Origin: Mobula hypostoma
Lineage: Eukaryota
DNA: 64,000 nt
Assembly (NCBI RefSeq): GCF_963921235.1
Contig: NC_086108.1
Location: 52,392,001 to 52,456,000 of the forward strand
Direction: 5' to 3'
Below the pieces are notes generated by a model. It did not search any database. It had not been told where the DNA came from and worked only from the letters and a program-made list of their open reading frames with translations. Every line of letters starts with the position of its first letter. Position 1 is the stretch's first letter. A program made the translations under genes and the position numbers. This document shows positions 12,601-24,600 of this stretch, piece by piece.

Positions 12601-15600
12601 CAGCAAACTTACTGCTGCAGTTTGTGCTTCTAGATTGGTTATTCTCGTCATCCCACTGGCTAGTACGTAGATACTGGTCAATATTCTACTTTCTAAGATT
12701 TTTTTCTGTGTACGCTACCCCATGATTTTTCTATGCTCTTTACTCTTTGTTAAATGAGTGCTACTTTCATGGCTTTTTTTTTTTAGCTAACTGCAGCCCT
12801 GTACAATTTGCCCTTTCTTGTCAATTGAAGCACCAGGGATCCAGAAATACTTATAAAATGTGAACCTAGTGCTCCACATTTTTGTTTTGCTTATTTTGAT
12901 GTTTAGTTGCTGCTTCTAAGATTTTTGATTTTGAGAGCTTTATTAATGCCTGATGTGTAAATTTCTTCATTGCCACATTACCCATCCTGCTTCATTTTGA
13001 ATTTGCTCAAAAACAGCAATTTGTGAATTGGAGGGGTGTATAGAAGTATGAATGTCAGACTGATAAATGCAACTTTTGTCATTTATTGTATGCACAGTAA
13101 CTAAAAGCTTCTGCAGCGATCTTTGCAACAAACATTTCTGTCAATAGTTAAAATGTCATGCAAACGCTTTGTTATTTCGTATCACAGGGGAAACTGAGCC
13201 ACAATAATATATGTATTTCATCTGTGTTTGTGAGTGAGGATGGTCACTGGAAGCTGGGAGGAATGGAGACAATGTGTCATTTCTCTCAAGCATCTCCTGA
13301 GGTGAGTTTTTCTTGGTCCTAATTTCTGCTTTGTAAAATTTCCATTTGTCTTATGCAAAATCTTTGTCTAGTGGAATGAATTCTAATTTGCACAGTTCTT
13401 CTAAGTTCTTATTGATTTTGAGATTAAAAGAACATCTGTTTTCTTTTGTAATTCCTGATTTTTGTGATTAAAAGAAAATTGTTTTCTCTTGTAGTTCCTG
13501 TCCAGTATCAAGTCATTGAGAGATTTGAGTGGAATAGCTCCAGAGGAACAGGTGTGTCCACAGTATGGAATAAAATTATGATGGGTTTAAAAACAGAAAA
13601 TGCTGGGAACACTCCGCAGGATAGACATCATCAGTAAAAAGGGAAACATCTTGTGTTTCAGATTGAAGAGTGCTTCCTGCATTTCTTGTTTGGGATTTGT
13701 TTTCACAGATATTACAATACTTTTCTTTAAAGTTCCAGTTTCAGTTTAAATTCGGGAGCTGTTCTACTTAGATTCAAGGTATAATTACGATCAGTAGCTA
13801 GGATGCTGGATACTTGTTTAGTAACTTAATCAATATTTTGCTGGATTCAGTAAGTTAAAAACAAAACACCAGCAGAAAATTTTGAATGTTGGGAAGTTGG
13901 GCAGCTTTGATATAGGAAACACTAATTAACTTTTCAGCTTGGGACCTAGTTTGTCATCGTTCAAATTGGTTTTCTGCAACACAGTGTTGCAAATGTTTGT
14001 TATCTAAGATTCCTCAGGATTAGTTCCTTGGGGTTTCACAAAAGGCAAGTGGTGTATTTATTCCGTATTGCTATATGAAGTACTTAAATGATGTTGGTCT
14101 GACTTCTTGTCATTTCTGGCAATAGAGACAATATATGAAGAAGCCCTAGAATAAGGCCTGTTGCAAGCTGACCTTATCGAATTTAGTCCTCAGGTTTTCA
14201 GATTCTTCCTGAATCGCATGGACATGCCCGAGATGCTTACTCATTTGGGATGATGGTTGCAAAACTCCTACCTTTGCTTAATGATATGGGTAAGGTTAAT
14301 ATTTCAGTGACCAATGTTTGTGGTTACTGTCAACTACCTGTCAGGGAAGCACATGTTAACTGATCAGTACAAGCATTTGATTTATTTTTTGTATATCATT
14401 TGTTTTTTTTTCTAAATGTCTGTGTACTAGCGTACTAGAGCTAAAGTTCAGTAGACTGTACAGAATATTCAGGACAGTGGCTGTGATTTAACAAAAAGTC
14501 TCTAATACCAGTGTAGTGCCATTCAGGAGATGGTTTCAGATCAACTTACTAGAAACCATAGGTCAGGAAGTTAAATATTAAATGTGGTTAACTTGCAGTG
14601 AAATCAAAAGGCTTCCTTGATAAAGAAATGGTAAACTGATTTAGAGAAGGCATCCCAAAGGACATTAACTTGTCACCCAGATTTTAAAAAACCTTCAGCT
14701 AGGATTGGGATGTCTGGCTGAAGAAAATCATTTCTACACAGGGGTTTCTTGCTTAGCATTCAGGATGCATTGCTAGGAGCCATGCATAACCGCGCACAGC
14801 CAAAGTGAATATCTTATTTTATGCTGTGATATTTACCTGTAAATGTTATGACTCCAGCAGCAGTAGTGTTATAAAAAAAATGTGTTCTGCAGAGTATTGT
14901 TAAATGGGGATCCAGTGTATCAGGTGAATTATGACTTGTGAAAGATTAAAGAATTTGAGAATTTGTCTCCCTATTGGTTGAAAAGGAAAGGAATGTTTTA
15001 CTCTAAAGAGAGTGATGTGAACATGGCAAGACATTAGCTTTTTCAAGGGGATGATACTGAAATAATAAACTGGCACTTGTACTGGAACATTAATGATTTA
15101 TAATTTAACAGAAAATTCTTGATCAATTGTGCAAGGAACATTAAAGATTTGGATGAAGAATTGCTTCATTATTTTCTCTGGAAAATTTCACAGTTTCTGT
15201 ATGTCTGAACCAAAATGAAGTACTTTTGAAATGTATTTAGTATTGCAAAGTTAGATGTGTTACCACTAATGTAAGTTCAAGAAAGGGATGATATGAGTAT
15301 GTTTAGTCTAATGTTATAGAATAAATATTAAGTAACATTAATAGCATTGCGTGCTGACGTTACAGAATTGGATGGCGCGTGATTATAAATAGGTCATGTA
15401 GTATTGAAATGGTTTTTCCACCAAAAATCCAAAGATGTTAGTGCTATTTTAAATCAAGTTATTGAGTAGCATATACTTGACCTGAAAATGTAAAAACTGA
15501 GTTGCGAATTGGGTACTGTTGTTCTTTAGTACAAAACATCCCTTTATGATAACTCACTAATATCTCTGCAGTACAGGACATTACTGATTACTGAATTCTG

Positions 15601-18600
15601 ATGGTTCAGGGTTAATTTGTTTATTCTCAAGTTGCAGAACATTTGCTAGCAAAATTCCAGGAAACTTTAAATGCCACTCTTCTTAACCCAGACCCAATGC
15701 AACGGCTGTGTTTGCGTAGTTTATTGTCTCATGCATTTTTCAGGTAAGTATTTTTGCACAGCACTCCTTTTAATTTATTTGTTAATTAAAGCAGAAAATA
15801 ATTAGAAAATAAGTTAACTTCATGTACTATTTAAAATCGAAGTGGAAAGTTGATTCATAAATATATGAGTTGTCTACTGTGCTTGTCCAGTAGATTAGTC
15901 AGGATTACTGCCATACATTTTGCAACGGCGGCGGGGGGGGGGGGGAAGATAGCAGAATATATGCAAATAGTGCAAACTTTAATACAATCACAGAAATTTA
16001 TTGGTTGTACAAAGGCAAAATACGATTGTGTTCATTATAATCCAGATGGTGTATTTTAACTGCATTATCTCGAAAAGAACAAAGTAAACCATGTCAAAAT
16101 AATTCATAAAGCTTACAATGATTACACTGGATAGCAAATTTTTTCAGAAGTTTTGCTTCCTCAGAAATATTTTGTGGTTATGATACACTACTTGAAGCTG
16201 AACACAAATTTAATTTCAGACTACATGTAGGAATTTAGAGAAACAAGAAATTAACTTTTATTGAATATCTCTCTTCATGTGCCTTGCGCATTACACGCTT
16301 GGGCGATCATGGCTTTCCACATCGAACGATCCCACGCAGCACCAATGATATCTCGCACACTTAGATCTTTTAGTTCTTTCACAGTGTCCACATATTTTGT
16401 TCTTTGCCTTCCTCTTCTGCGTTTCCCAGGCATACGGCCTTGTAATGTAAGGCATTCTATTTCTCCCTTTCTGATGACATGGCCCAGGAATTTAAGTTTC
16501 CTCTCATTTAATGTTCTCATTAAAGATCTTTTTGTATGGGCAGGTTGGAGTACTGTCTCATTAGTTACCCTATCTCTATATATTTTCAGCATTCTTCTAA
16601 GAAACCATATTTCTGTTGCTTCTAAGTTTCTTTGGAGTTCTGGTGTTACAGTCCATGTTTCGGAAGCATACAGCAAAATTGACCAGATGTAACGTTTTAG
16701 TAGCCTAAGCCTTGTCATAGAAGTGTGTCTGCTGGTAAAAATGGGTTTCATTTTTTGAAAGTTAGTTTTGGCAATGGCAATTCTTTTTTTTTAATTTCTA
16801 CTTTACTTCTAGCATCTTGTGATATAAAGCTACCAAGGTAATTAAGCTGATCTTTTGTTCAGTCTCTTGGTTACCAATGTACAATTGGCAGTTGGGAGTA
16901 TCCTGCTGTTTTGATCTTACCATGCATTTGGTTTTCTTGCAGTTGATGGTTAGACCAAAATCTGTACTTGTTTGTATTACTTTGTCTAGGAGGATTTCTA
17001 GGTCTTCTGCAGCACTTGCTATTAAGGTGGTATCGTCTGCATATTTATCCCATTTAGGTCTTCTATTTCTCTGAGAATCATTTCACTATAGATATTAAAT
17101 AATTCCGGTGAGGCAACGCATTCCTGTCTAACTCCTCTTTGAATTTTAGCCCAACTGCTTATATTATCATCAATTTTTACCACTGCCGTTTGGTTCCAAT
17201 ATAAATTTTGAAGCAGTTGTTTGTCCTTTCCATCAATGTTTAGTTTAGTGAGAATTTGAAATAATTTTTCATGTTGCATTTTGTCGAATGCTTTAGTGAA
17301 ATCAATAAAACATAAAAAGACATCATTTTGATATTCAGTTGGCCTTTCTGAAAATATTCGTAGTGTGAAAATTGCGTTCCTAGTTCCTCTATCCTCAATA
17401 AACCCATATTGCAGTTTAGAAGTTTCTGGCCTTAACTTGTTTTTAATTCGACTCAGAACAACTTTCAACAAAATCTTTATTATGTGACTCATAAGACTGA
17501 TTGTTCTATAGTTTTCACAGTCAATAGTTACAGGAATCATAAGCGGGCCGAGACTCCTGAAGACTGGTGGCAGATCAACTGATGATCCCACTGGTGATAG
17601 CACAGGACAGTTAACATCTTAGTCCAAATGTATTTTCAATTCTTTAGCTCTGGACACCAGTGACTAACAGGAATAGTCTAGTTGGCAACTGGAAATAGTC
17701 CAGTGACAGCGTGGAGAGACAGCGGACAGCCAGGAAAGACTGGCACTGAGGGTGTCAGGATTGGCAATCCGGGCACCAGCTCAGAAGAGCACCAACCCCT
17801 TGAAGCTTCTAGTTTACATGGAGAAACATACCCTCAGGGTCCTCCAAGAGGGAGGGAGAATGATGGACCCAATCGGACAGATACAGTTAATTACAGGGAA
17901 CGACTACGAACAAGAGCTAGGGTAAGAGGCTCTGAGTGTCCAATGTGTTGGTGTGGGAGAGCGTTTTCCAGCATTAAAGGTTTACGAGTCCACCAAGCAA
18001 AATTGAAGTGCTATTCCACCCCAGTGGATGAAGATGAAATTACTTCACCAAGCACAGATGATGTGATCTTTTCAACCACTGAATCACAAACCACAGCGAT
18101 TCGCTCTGGAGAGAGTCATCGTACTCCAGCTCAGACGAGAGATAACCCAGGTCAGGTTTCAGACCACAGTACCCAGGTAGATTCTTCGCATGATGGCGGT
18201 GGTGAGGAGGTAGAGAAGAAGAGGAAGGTCAAGTGGCCAACAATGCAACAATGACTGATGAGAAGGCTTGGCGTGTGTTTGATGAGGATATCAGTATGAT
18301 GTTGGAGAACACTCTCGTGGGAACATCAAAGAGAAAGTTGGAAGGGATGGGTGATATGATTTACGATGTTGGAAAGTACCAGTTTGGTTTGGTTGAGTTG
18401 AAGAAAGCATAGCCTACACAGACACCAAGCAGGCGCCAGAAGGAGATTAGTAGGTTGAGGAGAGAGCTTAGATCATTGAGACAGAGGTGGAAGGTAGCAA
18501 GTGAGGGTGACAAACCAGGGCTTGCCGATCTCCGAGAGCATTTTCTGCATCACTCTGTCGTGCAGAGTCACAACGTAAAAAGAGAAAGAAGGCAAGAAAG

Positions 18601-21600
18601 TCGTTCTTTGAGAACCCTCAACAGTTCACAAAGAAATTGTTTGAACAAAGTAAGAGCGGGCAGCTTAACATCTCTCAACAAGAACTTGAGGATCACCTGG
18701 CAAGCACTTACTCTAACGAACAGCAGGAGGCTCCTTTGCTTGACATTTCAGGGCTTGTGAAGCCTACCAAGCCAGGAGTGAAGCTCGATCTGTTAGAACC
18801 CAAACTGGCAGAAGTCGAACGGTTCATCAGAAAGGCAAGGTCAGGTTCAGTGCCAGGACTTAATGGAGTGCCATATAAGGTGTTCAAGAAGTGTGAGCAG
18901 CTGAGGAAATACTTGTGGAGATTGTTAAAGGTGGTGTGGAGACAAGGTGTTGTTCCTTTGTCATGGAGTGAGGCTGAAGGAGTATACATCCCAAAGGAAG
19001 AGAATTCTACTACATTGAATCAATTCTGACCAATTTCACTCCTGAATGTAGGGGGGGAGATTATGTTTGGCATTCTAGCAGAAAGAATATCTTCATTTGT
19101 GATAGAAAATGATTTGGTAAATAGATCTGTGCAGAAGGCAGGAATACCAGGCTTCCCAGGATGCCTTGAACATACTAGTATGATAGGGCATACCATCCAG
19201 CAGTCGAAAAGGTTGAGAAGAAATCTGGCTGTAGTTTGGTTTGATCTTGCAAATGCATGTGGTCCTGTTCCCCATGCCCTGATTGAGTTTGCGATGGAAT
19301 TCCTATGGATTCCTGCTAATGTGAGGAACTTTGTTATGCAGTACTACAATGATTTCCGGATGAGGTTTTCCACTGAGCAGTTTACAACTAGGTGGCAGAG
19401 CTTGGATATTGGCATCCCAAGGGGATGTGCGATTTCACTCATCCTTTTTGTGTTAGCCATGGAGGTCGTTGTGAGGGCTGCAGAATCAGTGGGACCAGGT
19501 GTCGGAGGGGAGTTACCACCAATACGAGTATTCATGGACGATCTCACCCTTTTGGGTCCTAGCAAGAAGGTAGTAGAAAGTGTACTATCTAGACTCGAGG
19601 AGGTAATGGACTGGGGAAGAATGAAGTTCAAGACCAAGAAGTCAAGGAGCCTTATTCTTAGGAGAGGAAAGTGGTTGACTTTCATTTCACCTTTTGTGGA
19701 GAGGAGATTCCATCCATTCAGGACCAACCAGTTAAGAGCCTCGGGCGATGGTACACAGAGGAGCTGAGAGACACCAAGAGGGTTCAAGAGACAGGAGAAC
19801 AGTTCAGCAGAGGTCTGATGTCTGTTGACAAGTGTGGCTTGCCTAGCAAGTTGAAGTTGTGGTGCTTGCAGTACGGACTGATGCCACAGATAATGTGGCC
19901 ACTAACTGTCTATGAAGTGGCAATGTCCCATGTTGAGGCAATGGAACGGAAGATCAACAAGTATGTGAAGAAGTGGCTTGGAGTACTGAGCAGTCTCACC
20001 AATGTTGCAATCCACAGTAGCCAGACAAAGCTTACCATCCCAGTGCAATCCCTTGTTGAAGAGGTCAAGGTAGCCAAGGTAAGATCATTCTTGATGCTTC
20101 GAGACTCAAAAGACCCTGTCATCAAGAACACCCAGCCAGATGTGAGATCAGGCGGTAAGTGGTCAGCCCATGTAGCAGTTGATGAGGCAGAGTCTAGACT
20201 GAAGCACAAGGAGACGGTTGGGGCTACCCAGCTAGGCCGCCAGGGACTTGGATGGACAACCCACAAGTGGTGGTCATCAGTTGAGCAGAAAGTACTGCAG
20301 CACAACTTATCTCATGCCCCATGCTGCACAGAACATCACATATCATTTGTGAAAGAAGGCTCCAAGTCAAGGGTGTACAGCGCAAGCCCACGATCAAGCA
20401 TACTTTCTTCAGCCAATGATTGGTGTGTCAAGGCTGACCTGGGTAGCAAAGGCAGTTTCCCGGAGCAAATAGCTTTCACCACATTGTGCCCAGATATAAT
20501 CGTATGGTCTGACACCAGTAGAGAAGTGGTTATTGGTGAACTCACAGTCCCTGGGAAGACAACATCGATGAAGCCCATGAGCGCAAGTTAACCAAGTATG
20601 CAGAATTAAGATCAGAGTGCAGAGACAGAGGGTGGAAGGTCTCATGCTATCCATTCAAAGTAGGTTGCCACGGATTTATTGCGTTCACTTTCCAGAAGTG
20701 GCTGCGTGACCTTGACTTCACTAGAAGAGAGATCAAGTCAACAAGCAGGGCTGTAGCTGAGGCAGCAGAGACAGGATCATCATGGGTGTGGACCAAGTAT
20801 GTCCAGAGGGGCAGATAGTCAGACAGTGTATCCATCTTTTGCGAACCCTTCAGTAGTTGCATACACACCTGAAGAGTAGACTATCTGTTGGATGGAAGTG
20901 ACCAATAACTCTGATAAAGGCAGATGCCAAGTTTTTAAGCTCACCAGTGGGAGGTGGTGCTTTAGCACTGCTGGCCCACCACCTCGAGGGAGTCTTGATC
21001 ATAAGCGGGCCGAAACTCCTGAAGACAGGTGGCAGATCAACTGATGATACCACTGGTGATAGCACAGGACAGTTAACAACTTAGTCCAAGTGTATTTTCA
21101 ATTCTGCTGTTGACCTCCAGAGTACATTATCAGAGAACTATACTTAGTGAATTTGCCACTGTCGGTCCATCTAATTTCTGACAGGCCTAAGATATCAACT
21201 TCCAACCTTTTCATTTCATTTAATGTGTTGTCCAACTTTCCTTTCTGGTAAAGTGTACGTATGTTCTATGTTGCTACCCTTAGCCTTTCATTATTGCTTA
21301 CAGTCTCTGGATGATGGTCTGATGTCACCTGCAGCACATGACTACTCCTGAGCGAGGTGTTGTTCTGTTGATTAGAATCAACCCCATTCATGCTGTTGTC
21401 TGGCTTCCTTCTTTTGTTTCTTTCCATGACTGACTAGGCGTGCTCATCTAACTAGAGCATTTGACCTCTACTGGTGTTGCCAATTGGGAATCATAACCTA
21501 GATGTCGCCCAGCCTTTGCTGTTGCTGTACAAAGACAATCCTCCACCAAAGCCTGGAATCCATCTCCCTGCTGCTGGAGACTTCAGTGATTTTAGGTGAC

Positions 21601-24600
21601 ATCACCACCATTGGTCTGGTTATTTTTCTGGCACCAAACACTTGCCATAGGCAGAGCCCCTTCAGCGAGACAGCGTGCACCCAGACCTAAGAACTACGTG
21701 AAGGTGGAGTTGTCTTGGGTGGTAGAAGCTATATAATCGTTATTGGCATTTCCTGATATTTAGTCAGGATCCAACCACCCCATACACCCTTTATTGAATA
21801 TAATGTGTTTAATTGCATAATGATGCTGACACTTTGCAATATTTCAACCAAGCTAAAAATGTTTTGTTGATAATTTTCATTTGTACTCAGTGTCTGAGAG
21901 GACTTGCTTAAGTGACCAACAATAATCAGCCAGCATTGATGGATTCCATTTGCCCTGAGACTGATTCTCCTTGGCTGCAGTGTCCTGCTGAAACCTTTCA
22001 CCATGCTCGTCACTGATAGCGCCAAGATTTGCAGGGAAGAAGTCTAAATGAGAAAGCAGAAATTAATTTTTAGTGACATGTTGCCACTTCATGGTTTTGT
22101 ATGCTTGAAGCATGTTGTCAACCAGCTGCACGTAGTTTGGTGCTCTATAGTTGCCAAGAAAATTTTCGGCAATATCCTTGAAAGCCTTCCATGCGAATTT
22201 CTCCAATCCCACTGGAAGTTCTCCGAGTTGACTGCCATTGATGACCAGTTTGATTTGTGGACCAGCAAGAATGTCTTCTTTAATTTTGGCATCAGTTATT
22301 CTGGGAAACAACTGTCTCAAATATTGATATTCTTCACAGAAATTATGTGCCTGGTGACAGCTGATTCCATCCTTGCACTCTTGAACCCAGTAATTCTGCT
22401 TTTGCCTTTGACAAACCCAAGTCTCTGACCAGGTCATTTAACTCAGATTCAGTTATCAGATGAGGCTCACTCGACATAAAGGGTTCAAAATCTGTATCAG
22501 TATCAGTGTTGTTTTCCATTCCTGGTTCGTGCATCATGGCACCGTCATCTGCCTCCTCTAGACTCCATATCTCTGATGGCTTTTGTACTGGAAGACTGTT
22601 GTCATGTGGCACAGATCTCATGACTGAAGCGAGATTGGGGGTTGTCAATGGATTTGTTGTATTTAGCAGAGAAGCCGGACACACTGGTCGGACAGAAGTA
22701 TGCTGTTGCATGATCCTTCTGCTCTCTCCATGTCATCAGGACAACAATCAGCATCGAACAGAGATCCGAGTTCCTCTGTGCCAAGCTCTAAGATTGACCA
22801 TACATGTTGCACAACAAGTATGAGGAGCCCAAGCTTTGTCTTGGTTGCCACTTTTACACCCAAAGTTAAGCTCATAGGCTTAGTAAGAGGAGTCATGCTC
22901 CGTCTTAGAGATTTAAATGCATACATGACACAAATATAACAGAAGGCATTGCAGCTGTTGAAACATTGGCGAGACATTTTGCTATTGCAAGTACTCCTGA
23001 AAATACTTATAAGTATACACAGTGTGCTGTGCGCGTAGAGCAAGTGCATCAACGTGATTGCAAGCCGATATATATGTAAAGGCAATGCATAGAATGGTGT
23101 GTGTGTTATACTTTTATAGCCTTTCTAAAACCTGTCCTGCCACACAGCATCCACTCTGCCTAAGTCTGTCCAGGCATGCCTGGACAAGATAGAAAACTTT
23201 TCAGCTTACATTGTGGGCAACGGTTTAATTGACATGAATTATAAATTAAAATAACAAATATAGGTGATTTCAAATAAATAATGCATGATAGTGAAATTTC
23301 AAAATCCATAAGATAGATCCAAAACTATTCAGGAAGCAAAATCTTTGTTGTCCAGTGTTATTGAAGTCCATACATAGTAGCTTCATGGAAATACAATTTT
23401 CATTTGTTCAGCATCACAAATATATTATTGATCTACTGTCAATATTCAGATATGTCACTGGAGGAAACTTAATGTGTAATGGGAATATGCATGCTGCTCA
23501 TGACTAAATGAATGACATTTTGATTTCTATCACTTTGAAGTAATACTGTACTTGATTGTTGCTCCCAGTAGATTGGAAAATTTCCTATTCATATTAAGAC
23601 AAATCTTTGTAATGATTATGATCTGAGGTGTGACTGAATATATCCAAAATACACTTTCGAATCAGTCCACCAACATGGACCAATTAATAAAATTAGATTA
23701 TTATTGCAAATGAATCCACCACTAATTTGACTTTGTAAAATGAGGAGAAAGTTTGTTTTCAGTACCATTATATTTGATAAGATGTATTTAATGTGATGCC
23801 ATCTTTTAAAATTGGACTCAGTTAATTGCACTTAATATAGCTTAAAGTGACAATGCAGATGGAAAAAAAAGTTTCTTCTTTCTTCTATGCTACCAATTAA
23901 AAATTTGGATATTTAATACTTAGTATTTGTGATTCTATTATTTGGCTAATGTTGTCCCTCATATATTCAGCAGGAATGAATTCTTGGAAATTGTAAATTT
24001 CTTACAAAGTTTGACACTAAAAACTGAAGAAGAAAAGAATGAGTTTTTCAAGTAGGTATTCCATTAATGTCATGAATACTGTTAGAAAATGGAATTGAAC
24101 TTAAAAATAATAACTACAGTGGATTCCGGTTAATTGGGCCATTGGTTAATTGAGACTGCTGCTTATTTGGGGCAACTTGTAAAGAGCAAAAACTAATTGA
24201 GAAAATAGCTGGGGTTCCCTTCATTTATTTGGAATATTGTGGAAGAAGATGGCACCTGCGAGCAACACAACCAAGGGCAACATCCTTCAGATGGTTCACG
24301 AAAATAATTTCACTTCTTTTACATCTTTTTCTTTCAAATGTTTTTCTGCGACTGTTGGAGCCTGGAGCCCACATTTTGGTGGTGTTTTCTCAGGCCAATT
24401 GAGTGATCTGGCACTTTGCTGTCTCCGAGGGGATTCGGTGAGGTTTCAGGCAAACCGTGCAGCTTCGAGTTCAAGAAGTCTGGAGACTGGGTGCGAGCTG
24501 ATGATCGATTACATTTCTTACTGATTTCGCTGATTAAAGCATTGAGGAAGATTGAAATCTTCGAGGTGAGCTGGTGTTCAGCGCCATCTGTCAGCCTCTT

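Larger units (their letters stand above)
17536..21105 (+). mobile_element. HERO-like (RLE/R2-group) non-LTR retrotransposon with terminal direct repeats
   Basis: One decayed ORF with zinc finger, RT and restriction-like endonuclease; 108-bp repeats at both ends. Confidence 0.85.
16269..21789 (-). mobile_element. RTE-clade LINE with both ends present, internally deleted and interrupted by a HERO-like element
   Basis: 12-bp TSD TTTATTGAATAT (16257..16268 / 21790..21801). [41 protein letters not shown]-endonuclease N-terminus ([10 protein letters not shown]) at ~21106..21290. Confidence 0.88.
16125..23357 (-). mobile_element. Chapaev3-like DNA transposon, internally deleted, interrupted by RTE/HERO insertion
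   Basis: Termini TTA|CACTGGATAGCAAA ... TTTGTTGTCCAGTG|TTA (CAC..GTG ends, 3-bp TTA TSD); decayed transposase on - at ~21900..22980. Confidence 0.8.

Noticed and set aside
21041..21047. C/D-box snoRNA reading of TGATGA/CTGA
   Set aside because: No terminal stem or C...D arrangement; hammerhead pairings explain the motif better.
17536..21105. LTR retrotransposon or endogenous retrovirus
   Set aside because: No TG..CA ends, protease or integrase seen; RT plus RLE is a non-LTR architecture.
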